Shown one piece after another: positions 1 to 9,913 of a stretch of DNA of 64,000 nt. A model generated the notes under the pieces. It made no database searches. It saw only the letters and a program-made list of their open reading frames with translations, and had not been told where the DNA came from. The position numbers were made by a program, and so were the translations under genes. Within the stretch, counting starts at the first letter, position 1. Each line of letters starts with the position of its first letter. The stretch lies in NCBI GenBank assembly GCA_964188305.1, contig OZ076897.1. The stretch is one strand, 5' to 3'. The stretch is from Podarcis bocagei (lineage: Eukaryota).

Positions 1-440
1 TTCAACACATTTTGAAATGCATTTTGATAATATTTTGGAGCTGCAAACTCTGTCAGAACATTCGGGAAGTTCAAAAGCCAGTGGATAGCTAAGTTCTGAT
101 CCACATATATAAGTCCAGGAGCTGCAGATAACAGGCAATTGGTATTGGAATTCATGACAACAGAATTGGATTATTTTTTTCAAAAAAATATATGTTTGAT
201 GCTCCTCTAAGCGCAGCATTTTTGAGTGGCAAGTGTTGAAATGGTCTCTTGGAAGGAAGCTCACTGAGAATTGATACGAGACATGGGGATTGTTTTAAAT
301 GTCATGTATCTCTGCCTCTCCTCCATACATCAATGCCAAGGCATATTCCCCCACTCCCCAGTGAACTCCAGGTCTATATATAATCTAGAAACTTGTGCTG
401 AAGGAAGAAGGCAGAAATTTCCATTCTGACATTTATTTCT

Positions 441-579
441 AGGATAGCTCAGTCAGTACAGCATAAGACTCTTAATCTCAGCTGCATGGAGCCCCGCGCT
501 GGGCAAAACTTCCCTGCTTTGCAAGGGGTTAGACTAGATTACCGCTGCGGGCTCTACAATTCTATGATTCTCTGTATTC
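441..579 (+). mobile_element. tRNA(Lys)-derived SINE with CR1-like 3' tail
   Basis: Head GGATAGCTCAGTCAGTACAGCATAAGACTCTTAATCTCAG resembles tRNA-Lys. The 3' end GGGGTTAGACTAGAT...CTCTACAATTCTATGATTC matches the CR1 terminus seen at 53034-53172. Confidence 0.75.
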
Positions 580-807
580 GTCACAACCAGCACAGTTTCC
601 ATTCCGCTGCAGTTTGCTTTCCAGCAAATACTTCAATATTCATCTTGCCGTGTGCAATTAATACAAGTTACCTAACGGATGAAACTATTTACATAGCTTA
701 CTTAACTGGCATTCATTTCAATGTAAAAGAAACATCAAAACGATATTTAAAAGTCGTTAATTATGTTTGCAGACTTAACCCTACGAATCCAGAAGTTCAG
801 ATGACAT

Positions 808-1312
808 GTTGTTGTTGTTGTTTAGTCATTTAGTCGTGTCTGACTCTTCGTGACCCCATGGACCAGAGCACGCCAGGCACTCCTGTCTTCCACTGCCTCC
901 CACAGTTTGGTCAAACTCATGTTGGTAGCTTCAACAACACTGTCCAACCATCTCGTCCTCTCTCGTCCCCTTCTCCTTGTGCCCTCCATCTTTCCCAACA
1001 TTAGGGTCTTTTCCAGGGAGTCTTCTCTTCTCATGAGGTGGCCAAAGTATTGGAGCCTCAGCTTCAGGATCTGTCCTTCCAGCAAGCACTCAGGGCTGAT
1101 TTCCTTCAGAATGGATAGGTTTGATCTTATTGCAGTCCATGGGACTGTCAAGAGTCTCCTCCAGCACCAGAATTCAAAAGCATCAATTCTTCGGCGATCA
1201 GCTTTCTTTATGGTCCAGCTCTCACTTCCATACATCACAACTGGGAAAACCATGGCTTTAACTATACGGACCTTTGCTGGCAAGGTGATGTCTCTGCTTT
1301 TTTAAAAAGACA
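808..1312 (-). mobile_element. 5'-truncated BovB (RTE-clade) LINE
   Basis: The minus-strand ORF 822-1283 (KAMVFPVVMYGSESWTIKKADRRRIDAFE.WCWRRLL.VPWTA...WRALVHGVTKSQTRLND) is the BovB ORF C-terminus. It has a (CAA)n tail and an 11-bp TSD TCAGATGACAT at 797-807 and 1313-1323. Confidence 0.95.
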
Positions 1313-1881
1313 TCAGATGACATAGACTGTGATATTCCTGCATTCTCTCACTCCACACTGAAGTTAGGACTCATCTGCAGGCAGCAGGGGGGTCTTCCCC
1401 GAACTGATGCCCCAAAGTGGTTTAGCCTGGATTCTCAGCTCAGAGACATATTGAGCAGAAAAGTTTCCATTTAGCCTGGAGGACAACTTGTCTTCATTTC
1501 ATTTGTTTATTTACAATACTTAGTTTCTGGGCTACAGAAAATTCTCTGGGTGGTTTTACAGTGGTGCTTACCTGTATGTTAAAATCTTCAGCAGAGGGTT
1601 TTCTGCAGGTGAGATGAGTGGGCGCCAATGGGTGGCACCCCAATTGTGGAATGCTCCCCCGTACGGCTGTTCCCAAATGTTCAACTGTGCTCCCCTCTCC
1701 CAACCATTCTCCATTCATTTCATTTAGAAGAAAAGAGATTACGTTTGAAAAGGAAATGGAAGATAATTTTTGGCAAAATTCTTGTGGGTGGAGTGCAGTG
1801 CTTTTGGTTGTGATTACCTTACATTCAAGGCGGAAGCTGCCTTCGGCTAAGAAAACACCACACGTTTAAAGCACGTTAAAT

Positions 1882-2265
1882 GGGGATGCAAGTGCCGCTG
1901 TGGTCTAAACCACTGAGCCTCTTGGGCTTGCTGATCTTAAGGCTGGAAGTTCAAATTTGTGTGATGGGGTGAGCTCCTGTTGCTTTGTCCCAGCTCCTGC
2001 CAACCTAGCAGTTCAAAAGCACAAGTATATAAATAGGTACCACTGTGGTGGGAAGGTAAATGGCATTTCCATGCACTCTGGCACTCGTCATGGTGTTCTG
2101 TGTGCCAAAAGCAATTTAGTCATGTTGACCACGTGACCCGGAAAGCTGTCTGTGGACAAACGCCGGCTCCCTCAGCCTGAAAGAGGAGATGAGTGCCGCA
2201 CCCCATAATTGAATTTGACCGGACTTAACTGTCCAGGGGTCATTTACCGCTTTACCTTTTACCTT
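1882..2265 (+). mobile_element. Sauria SINE
   Basis: GGGGATGCAAGTGCCGCTGTGGTCTAAACCACTGAGCC head, CCTGCCAACCTAGCAGTTC body and (ACCTTT)-like tail. Confidence 0.9.
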
Positions 2266-3804
2266 CAAAGACATTTAAAGCCCTTTAAATGGGAATCCTT
2301 TAGTTTGGTTAGGATGCTGGAACTTTTAGCTCAGTGAGGGGTAAACTATACTTCCTTGGATTTGGAGGAGAGAGATCAGGTGTTTTAGATTTATGGTCTG
2401 TATGCAGTCCTATACTAAGTCAGATGGTGTGAAGGTGGAGACGTTTATATTTTCCACATGCTCTCAACAAAGGGAAGATGTCAGTCTCAGGAACCTGGTC
2501 AATGCAGTGTAATGTTGGGTAGTTAAGTCAGTAAACTCAAAACACTACTGTGCCCTCTGTTTTGTTTAATCCCCATATACAACTGCCTTACGAAGCAGGA
2601 CAATACAAACACAAAATTTTGGTGATGGGGGATTGAGCCCTGGTTTTTTGGGGGTTGGGTAGCTAACCATGTTCCTGCTGCTGTGTCTGTAGGCCAGAAG
2701 TTGGAGTGGCAATGGAGCAGAGTCTCTCACCAGTTTTCTTAGTGGAGTGACTTCTGACAATCTCCGAAAAGAATTACTTCCATGGATTCCCAAGCACAGG
2801 GATAGACAACCTTTCACCCTCAAGATGTTGCTGTGCTATGGTTTCCATTGCCTTTGACCACTAGCTGAGGTTGATTGGGGGTGGGGTGGGGGGAGTCTAG
2901 CAACATCTGCAGGGTCACCATTTCCTCCCTCTGGTTCTAGTACCTCAAGCCGTGCAGAACATGATCGTTGCCCGAGGATGTGAATTTCAATGCAAATGCA
3001 TTTTACACAACGACAACAGCACAATTCCCCAAAGAAGAGTTGTGTGTGGAACTGTCGATTGAAAGAGACCACTGTTTTTTTCCCAGGATGCAATTGATTT
3101 TGCTACATGGAAGGCACTCAAATTTATTGCCTATTAATTTATTTATTTTATTGCAAAGTTTTGCTAACTTTGAACTGCATTTCTTCCGCAGGTATCGTTT
3201 TTAAAAAGTATTTTGTTAGTCGCCACCACTCACCACTCTCCTTGTGCCTGTGTGTTCTTTTACCCATCACTGCCAATTAATCATAGTCGCTTTTAAATTG
3301 CAACAGCTATTATTTTAAGTCGTGCTGAATCATAAAATTTAGGAAATTTAAATCCGGCTCAAATACTGGTTTTACAGAGAAGCGGGTTATTGAACCAGAC
3401 AACCCGTGTTATTTAAGTACTGGGAAAGTCAGATGATATATGTGTGAACAGATCTTGATTGCAGCCAAACTACTTATAAGGACAAATTCCAATACTTTTT
3501 AAGGGGTTAGAACTGAATCAGGAAACACTCGGGGTTTATTTTTCAGTCATCAAGATGGAGGAAAATATGTTATTTAGCAAATACGCTGCATTTCACAAAG
3601 TTCTCCGTTGCATGACTAACTTCTTTTTAAATTAAATGGCAAGCATTCTTAAAGTGTAATTTACTAGCACAGCTGAATTCCCAAAGGTTGTATAAGCAAA
3701 CTGTAATGCTGTGCAGTGGAATGCACAGCAACCTTCCAACTATGGATAGCATCAAGTCAACAATTTTGGACTAGTATATATTTGCAAGCTCCAAAAATAT
3801 AAAA

Positions 3805-4068
3805 CAGAGGTAGAGAACCTTTTTCTGCCTAAGGGCCACATTCCCTTCAAGGCAGCCTTCCAGGGGCCACATTGGTGGGTGGCATTAGAGGTAAATATAG
3901 ATGGAGCAATAGATTTAGATTTTATACAGCAGGCAAGTTTCTACATACACTCACAACTCAGGAGGAGCATGTGAAGCAAGGCTGGAGAGGAATGGGGTCT
4001 TGGGATAGATCAGGCCGAGAGGCCTGGAGGCCCACATTCGGCCCTCAGGGCTGAAACTGCTCACTCTG
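3805..4068. mobile_element. Degenerate hAT-like MITE
   Basis: Starts CAGAGGTAGAGAACC, has GGGCCACA subterminal motifs and a decayed right end. No clean TSD. Confidence 0.4.
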
Positions 4069-4250
4069 GACACAGGATGTTTTCTTTAGATTCATGAACA
4101 GAAGAGCAGACCCTCCAAATGTCCCTATTTTCCAGGGACAGTCCTGGATTTACAAAAGCCATTCCGGTTTCTGATTTGACCCTGAAATGTCCCGCTCTTC
4201 CTTAGGACGTCCCTATTTTCATTGGAGAAATGTTGGGGGATATGGAGTTA

Positions 4251-4614
4251 CAGTGGTGCCTTGCAAGACGAAAAGAATCCGTTCTGTGATTCTCTTCGTC
4301 TAGCGGTTTTTTCGTCTTGCAAAGCAAGCCCATTGAAGGATTAGCGGATTAGCGCTATTAGCGCTATTAGCGGCTTTTAGCGGCTTTTAGCAGCTTTTAG
4401 CGGCTTATCTGCTGATCAGATCAGCTGATAAGCGGCTTAGCGGCTTAGAAAAAGGGGGGGGAGGGAAAAAACCCAGCAGGAACTCGCAAGACATTGTCGT
4501 CTTGCGAAGCAAGCCCATAGGAAATTCGTTTTGTGAAGCACCTCCAAAACGGAAAACTCTTTCATCTAGCAAGTTTTCCGTCTTGCGAGGCATTCGTCTT
4601 GCGGGGCACCACTG
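4251..4614. mobile_element. Tc1/mariner-pogo (Tigger-like) MITE, family A
   Basis: TA|CAGTGGTGCC...GGCACCACTG|TA, repeated CGTCTTGCG motifs and an internal TTAGCGG minisatellite. Confidence 0.9.
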
Positions 4615-4644
4615 TATGTGATCCCCGAACCAAGGAGATAAGTA

Positions 4645-4940
4645 ACTGTTTGACCTTTAGAAGACATCTGAAGGCAACCCTGTATAGCAGACATAGGCAA
4701 ACTCGGCTCTCCAGATGTTTTGGGACTACAATTCTCATCGTCCCTGACCACTGGTCCTGTTAGCTAGGGATCATGGAAGTTGTAGTCCCAAAACATTTAG
4801 TGGGCCACGTTTGCCTATGCTTGCTGTGTAGGAAGGTTTTTGAATGTTTAATGTTTTATCGTGTTTTTATATATGTTGGAAGCTGCCCAGAGTGGCTGGG
4901 GCAACCCAGTCAGATGGGCAGGGTATAATAATAATAATAA
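4645..4940 (+). mobile_element. L2 LINE 3' fragment, interrupted by a hAT MITE
   Basis: GACCTTTAGAAGACATCTGAAGGCA...GCCCAGAGTGGCTGGGGCAACCCAGTCAGATGGGC followed by (AAT)n. Same sequence as 52615-52990. Confidence 0.85.
4688..4823. mobile_element. hAT (URR1/Charlie-like) MITE
   Basis: TIRs CAGACATAGGCAAAC / GTTTGCCTATGCTTG, 8-bp TSD CTGTATAG/CTGTGTAG and a GGACTACAA...TTGTAGTCC core. Confidence 0.85.
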
Positions 4941-5019
4941 AACAATGTCTCTGTTTTCACAGGATAAATGTTGGAGGGTATGGAAGAGCACATCTCAGCT
5001 TGAATGACTTTTTAGCCTA

Positions 5020-5261
5020 CAGTGGTACCTTGGGTTACATACACTTCAGGTTACATGCGCTTCAGGTTACAGACTCCGCTAACCCGGAAGTAGTACCTCA
5101 GGTTAAGAACTTTGCTTCATGATGAGAACAGAAATTGTGTGGCGGTGGCGCGGCAGCAGCAGGAGGCCCCATTAGCTAAAGTGGTGCTTCAGGTTAAGAA
5201 CAGTTTCATATTAAGAACGAACCTCCAGAACGAATTAAGTATGTAACCAGAGGTACCACTG
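5020..5261. mobile_element. Tigger-like MITE, family B
   Basis: TA|CAGTGGTACCT...AGGTACCACTG|TA with repeated AGGTTA(C/AG) motifs. Five more copies occur in the window. Confidence 0.9.
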
Positions 5262-5284
5262 TATGCTTAAAATCAACAGGCATT

Positions 5285-5381
5285 AAGGCTGCCATCCTAT
5301 GTGTACAGTTTCTTGGAGATGAGCCCCACTGAACAGAGTGGGACTTTCTTCTAAGTAAACACCCATAAGATTGGGTTGTAA
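5285..5381. repeat. Short palindromic interspersed repeat
   Basis: GGCTGCCATCCTAT...CCCCACTGAACAGAGTGGGAC...ATAAGATTGGGTTGT, related to 39778-39872 and the partial copy at 48742-48795. Confidence 0.6.
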
Positions 5382-6054
5382 AAATACTTATCTCTGGCTG
5401 GACTGTGCCCTAAATTCCTCCCCGTCTTTTCCAACCTCTGCTTGGTGAGGTCACTTGAGATTTCCACTGACCTTTTGAACACAGTATAATTTTGTTACCG
5501 GTGCTGCTGAAACAAAAATTATTTGACTTGCAGAAAGGGGAGCTGGCCTTTGTTGTCGAGCTGAGCCTCTTTTTGTGGGTTCTGCAAACTGTCCTCAGCA
5601 CTGATTAGCTTAATCCCTGCCTCATAAAAAATATTTTTTAAGAGCACTTTCATTTTTGCTTTGAAATACCCTTCCTTGCATTTAATAGCAGATATTTATA
5701 AAGAGGTTTCTGCCATGTATCTGCATCTCCACAACTGGGTTCCCAGGGCTTATTTACGTTTCATTGTGCATGACCCTGGTTAGTTCCAATAAATATAATT
5801 TTTAGCTGTAAACAGCTGAGGGTGTAACACTCATCCCTTGGAACTCCCACTCCCAACCCCCCCTCTAATTCTTGATTTAAATTGAGTTCAGCTGCACCTG
5901 ATAACCCAAAGTTGTATTTCAATAAAACAACAACCAAGAAGTCTCAGAACTCATTTCTTTGGAAATTATGAGCAAAATGCGACTGCATAAACCCGAAACA
6001 CATTTGCCTTTGACAGACTTGCCTTTTTGAAAATGTGTGTTTAGGAACACGTAG

Positions 6055-6114
6055 AAACATAGAATTGTAAAGTTGGAAGAGACCCTAAGGATCATCCAGC
6101 CAGATGGGCGGGGT

Positions 6115-6164
<50 letters not shown>

Positions 6165-6262
6165 TAATAATCTCAAAAATATGCAGCAATCCCATATGAG
6201 GATTGAACTTGCAACCTTGGCATTATCAACACCAAGTTCTAACCAACTGAGCTATCCAGGCT
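6055..6262 (-). mobile_element. tRNA(Ile)-derived SINE with CR1-like tail, interrupted by a short L2 3' end
   Basis: The minus strand reads GCCTGGATAGCTCAGTTGGTTAGAACTTGGTGTTGATAATGCCAAGGTTGCAAGTTCAATCC (tRNA-Ile-like) and ends GTCTCTTCCAACTTTACAATTCTATG. A plus-strand CCAGCCAGATGGGCGGGGTA(TAA)n is inserted at 6096-6170. Confidence 0.75.
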
Positions 6263-6674
6263 GACTGGAATTGGGGATGACCTTTGCAATTAGTGACACC
6301 ATCTAACCCTAAGCAAAGGAGTCTCAGCCTTTTCACAATCTTTAAAATAAGACCTGCAAGGGAAGAGGGAGTGCAGGAGTCAGTCGAGGGGGTCAAAGCA
6401 GACAAAGTGGAAGTGCCTCGAATAAGCGCTTGTTTCCAAGCTTGATTTCATCAAGTGTTGCAAGCCCCCAAAGACCATTTGCAAATACGTCGTTTTCTTC
6501 ATTGCCTCTAATTAACGTTTTCCTTGGCTCTCGTGCTCAGTGAACTTGGGAGGATTTCACTGGGAGGATTTTGAAGAAGAAGGAAAGTCTGTTTCCCCAC
6601 TTCCCTCTAGCAGGTGGACTTTTCCCTGTTCGACCAGTAGTGACATTGTGTGATCCTTCCACTATATTTTATTG

Positions 6675-6676
<2 letters not shown>

Positions 6677-6711
<35 letters not shown>
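6677..6711. repeat. (AT)n microsatellite
   Basis: Perfect dinucleotide run. Confidence 0.95.
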
Positions 6712-6715
<4 letters not shown>

Positions 6716-7288
6716 TCAGCTCTGACAGAAGATGGAACATTCCACAAATCCCAGCACGGAGCTTATTTGATGAACTAAGTTTGTGCAGTGTGTCCAGGAG
6801 TTATGGAGTTGTTTGCAAAGAACTTTATTGTCCAAAAATTTATGGCAGCAATATAAACTCACAACCCCCCCTCTCTCTCGCAAGAAGTTGGCTTCAGGAG
6901 CCAAATGACGGATGATGTGACAAAGTGTGATAGCAAGCACAACTGCAGGGGAAACAGCAATAAATAAATAATAATAATTAGAAAAGATAAAACGGGAGAT
7001 AAAATGGTTTTCAGTCAAAGTGCTAATGAATGCCTATGCTTTATTTTTTCATAATGTAATCGCCCCCTACCAAAGTTCTCCCTTTGATCATATTTGTGGT
7101 TCTGTGAAATATACTTAAAGTTGTTTTTAAAAACGGGTTGGCAGTTACAGTATTTCAGCCTTGGAAGATTTGACAAGTCCCCCCCAATGCCTCTGAAGTA
7201 AAACATCTTTACTGTTAAGCCTTTGCTTTATTTGTTTTTCCTTTCCTTTCATTTTGAAAGATATTAAGCATCTCACACAAAACTAGGG

Positions 7289-7301
7289 TAATAATAATAA
7301 T

Positions 7302-7351
<50 letters not shown>

Positions 7352-7682
7352 TTTATACACCACCCCTTTTACTGGGTTACCCCTGCCACTCTGGGCAGCT
7401 TCCAGCAAATTAAAACTCAGTACGGCATCAAACTTTACAAACTTCCCTGAACAGGGCTGCCTTTAAATGTCTTCTAAAAGTCAGATAGTTGCTCATTTCC
7501 ATGACATCTGATAGGAGGGCGTTCCACTACCGAGAAGGCCCTCTGCCTGGTTCCCTATAACTTCGCTTCTCACAGTGAGGGAACCGCCGGAAGGCCTTTG
7601 GAGCTGGACCTCAGTGTCTGGGCTGAACGATGGGGGTGGAGACGCTCCTTCAGGTATACTGGGCCAAAGCCATTTAGGGTTT
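7289..7682 (-). mobile_element. L2 LINE 3' fragment with trinucleotide tail
   Basis: Reverse complement of the L2 end at 52615-52990, with (AAT)n on the plus strand at 7289-7351. Confidence 0.88.
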
Positions 7683-8542
7683 AAGTAAATGACAAGGTGT
7701 AGTCTTTGCAGCAGCAATAAGTTCCCTCTTCCTCCAAAACAGGCTTCATCCTGAAGCTATGAAGAGATGAGGCCAAATGTTCCCCAGTAGGAAGAGAGTC
7801 ACATGTGCAAGACATTTCCACTGGGGGAAAAAATCCCTTCTCCGACTCGCGGCATACCTAAGGGTTGGTGAAGCCAGACGCAGCCAGGGGTGCAGGCCCA
7901 ACTCCCCCACACAAAAAATCACCCCGGAAATTTGTAATCCATTATCTGTATAAGGTCATGAGCTTCAACAAGAGCTGGGAGCTGGGCAGCTGGAGAAATG
8001 AAGAAAGACTGCTGGAGACTATGGAGTGTATGGTGCTTATGTGTCCGGCAATGCGCTGCCACTATTATGGTGAGATTCAACATGGGAGAAGTTTCCCATC
8101 CTTCTAGCACCACGGCAGAAAGATGTGCACTTTCTTTTCACTCTTTCTTCTCTCCTTGCCCTCACTCAGATGCTTCAAGTACATGGTTCACATAAAATGT
8201 ATTAATTTCTAATGTAGCTATTGCAGTAAAGTGGGTTATTCATGGGGAGGGGTGCCGACACAGCCCCTTGCCAAGGGTGTTGAAAATTCCCCCCTAACAA
8301 TTTGGCGCCCGGGGCAATCGCCCCTGTACTACTACCACTGGCACATTTGGGGGTACATTTTTTATTTAATGGATGCCCAGAAAGATAGGTTACAGTTTTG
8401 TTTTTAAATTCAAACATGAAACCACCATAACACCACAAAATAAGAATCAACGTTAAAAACCAGAAATAGTCACACTTTCCCAGCCCTGCAGATCAGCGTT
8501 CGAAACAAGCAGTCACATTTTGCGACAGGAAACATCCTTACT

Positions 8543-8665
8543 TAAGGTTACCAGGTGTTTTTCAATGAATCTGGGGACACTTTTCAACTTCAATGGATTT
8601 TGTGTGGGGCATGATTTGTAAATCCGGGGACTGTCCTCGGGAAACAGGGACGTCTGGTAACCTTA
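8543..8665. mobile_element. hAT MITE (123 bp)
   Basis: TIRs TAAGGTTACCAG / CTGGTAACCTTA and a perfect 8-bp TSD TCCTTACT. Confidence 0.9.
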
Positions 8666-9109
8666 TCCTTACTGTGATTGGTTGAGGAAGCCTTATTGCA
8701 ATGACGGGACTTCAAAGAGAGGTTCCCCTCACCCCAATCCTCTCGTTCTGATTCGCCAGCTTCAGCAGCTCCTGCATTAGGGTGGATGTCCTCCATGGAC
8801 GGGACCTATCTATAGTTTGGTGGTAGAGCTTTGAATACAGAAGGTCCAGGATGAACCTCAGGCATCTTTGATGGTGCCGGGAGGGACCCTTTCCAGAAGC
8901 CCAGGAGATGTTGCTCTCCCCCTGACCATGGGGATTAATTCTGAGAAACCTCTTGCAAAGGAGCACCCTACACCAGGCAGGATTGGTGCCTCCAGCTGTT
9001 CAGTGGAGACAACAATCCTAGTTAATTGCAAGTGGCTTCCCTATGAGGGACACCATGCAGCAGTCAGGATCAGTGCTTCTTCTGCAGCATGCCTGTGGGA
9101 TATTGATGA

Positions 9110-9240
9110 AGAAGCTTTTAATGTTTGATGTATCATAGTATTTTAATATTCTTTTGGAAGCCGCCCAGAGTGGCTGGGGAAACCCAGCCAGATGGGCGGG
9201 GTATAAATAATAAATTATTATTATTATTTATTATTATTAT
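9110..9240 (+). mobile_element. L2 LINE extreme 3' end
   Basis: GGAAGCCGCCCAGAGTGGCTGGGGAAACCCAGCCAGATGGGCGGGGTATAAAT followed by (TTA)n. Confidence 0.85.
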
Positions 9241-9635
9241 ACAGGTGGCAGTGTCGATGTCGGGGTTCTCCTGTACCACCTGAGGCCCATCATTTGATAT
9301 TGTCACCTTGGAGAACTGTTGACCATTTAAGTGCCAAACTAGAGCCAGGGAAAATTTCCAAGCTGGTGCTCACCAGATTGGTAATTGTAAATCACTAGCA
9401 GCAATGCAGTGGAGGCTGATGGTACCTAGACCTGGTGGAGCACCTAGGAGGTCCCATGGGTGGAGTGGTGCCTCCTTGTGAGATACCTTTGCAACAGCAG
9501 CACAGCTGAACAAATTATTGGCACCTGAAAGTGTCCGAGCTTAGTTTAGAATGGGCCCTTGCTGTCACACTTGCTTGTCTGGAGGATCCCACTTCTCTTA
9601 TCCTTGATATTATTATGACAGGAGAAATACTGGAT

Positions 9636-9913
9636 CAGGGGTCAGCAAACTTACTGTGCCTCGGGCCGGTGTCTCCAGCGCCGGTGTCTCCAGTGCCAGA
9701 GGGTGGGGGAGTGTGTGCCCATACGCATGTGCACACGCTATTTCCAGCGTACTTCCGGGTCGGAGGAGCACTGGAAAGAGCTTGTGTGCATGTGCACGGG
9801 CCTCTTCCGACCCAGATGTGCACCGGAAATAACGCTTGCGCTTGCGCCCAAGCTATTTCTGGTGCTCCACCGACTTGGAAGTGGGCAGCCGCGCCTTAGT
9901 TTGGGGACCCCTG
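9636..9913. mobile_element. hAT (Charlie-like) MITE
   Basis: TIRs CAGGGGTCAGCAAACT / AGTTTGGGGACCCCTG and a perfect 8-bp TSD TACTGGAT. Confidence 0.92.

Larger units (their letters stand above)
4107..4982. mobile_element. Non-autonomous DNA transposon (outer shell of a nested cluster)
   Basis: Imperfect terminal inverted repeats CAGACCCTCCAA / TTGGAGGGTATG, with GAAGAG directly flanking both ends and repeated TGTCCC subterminal motifs. Confidence 0.65.

Noticed and set aside
850-1305. 151-aa plus-strand ORF
   Set aside because: It is the antisense shadow of the BovB ORF.
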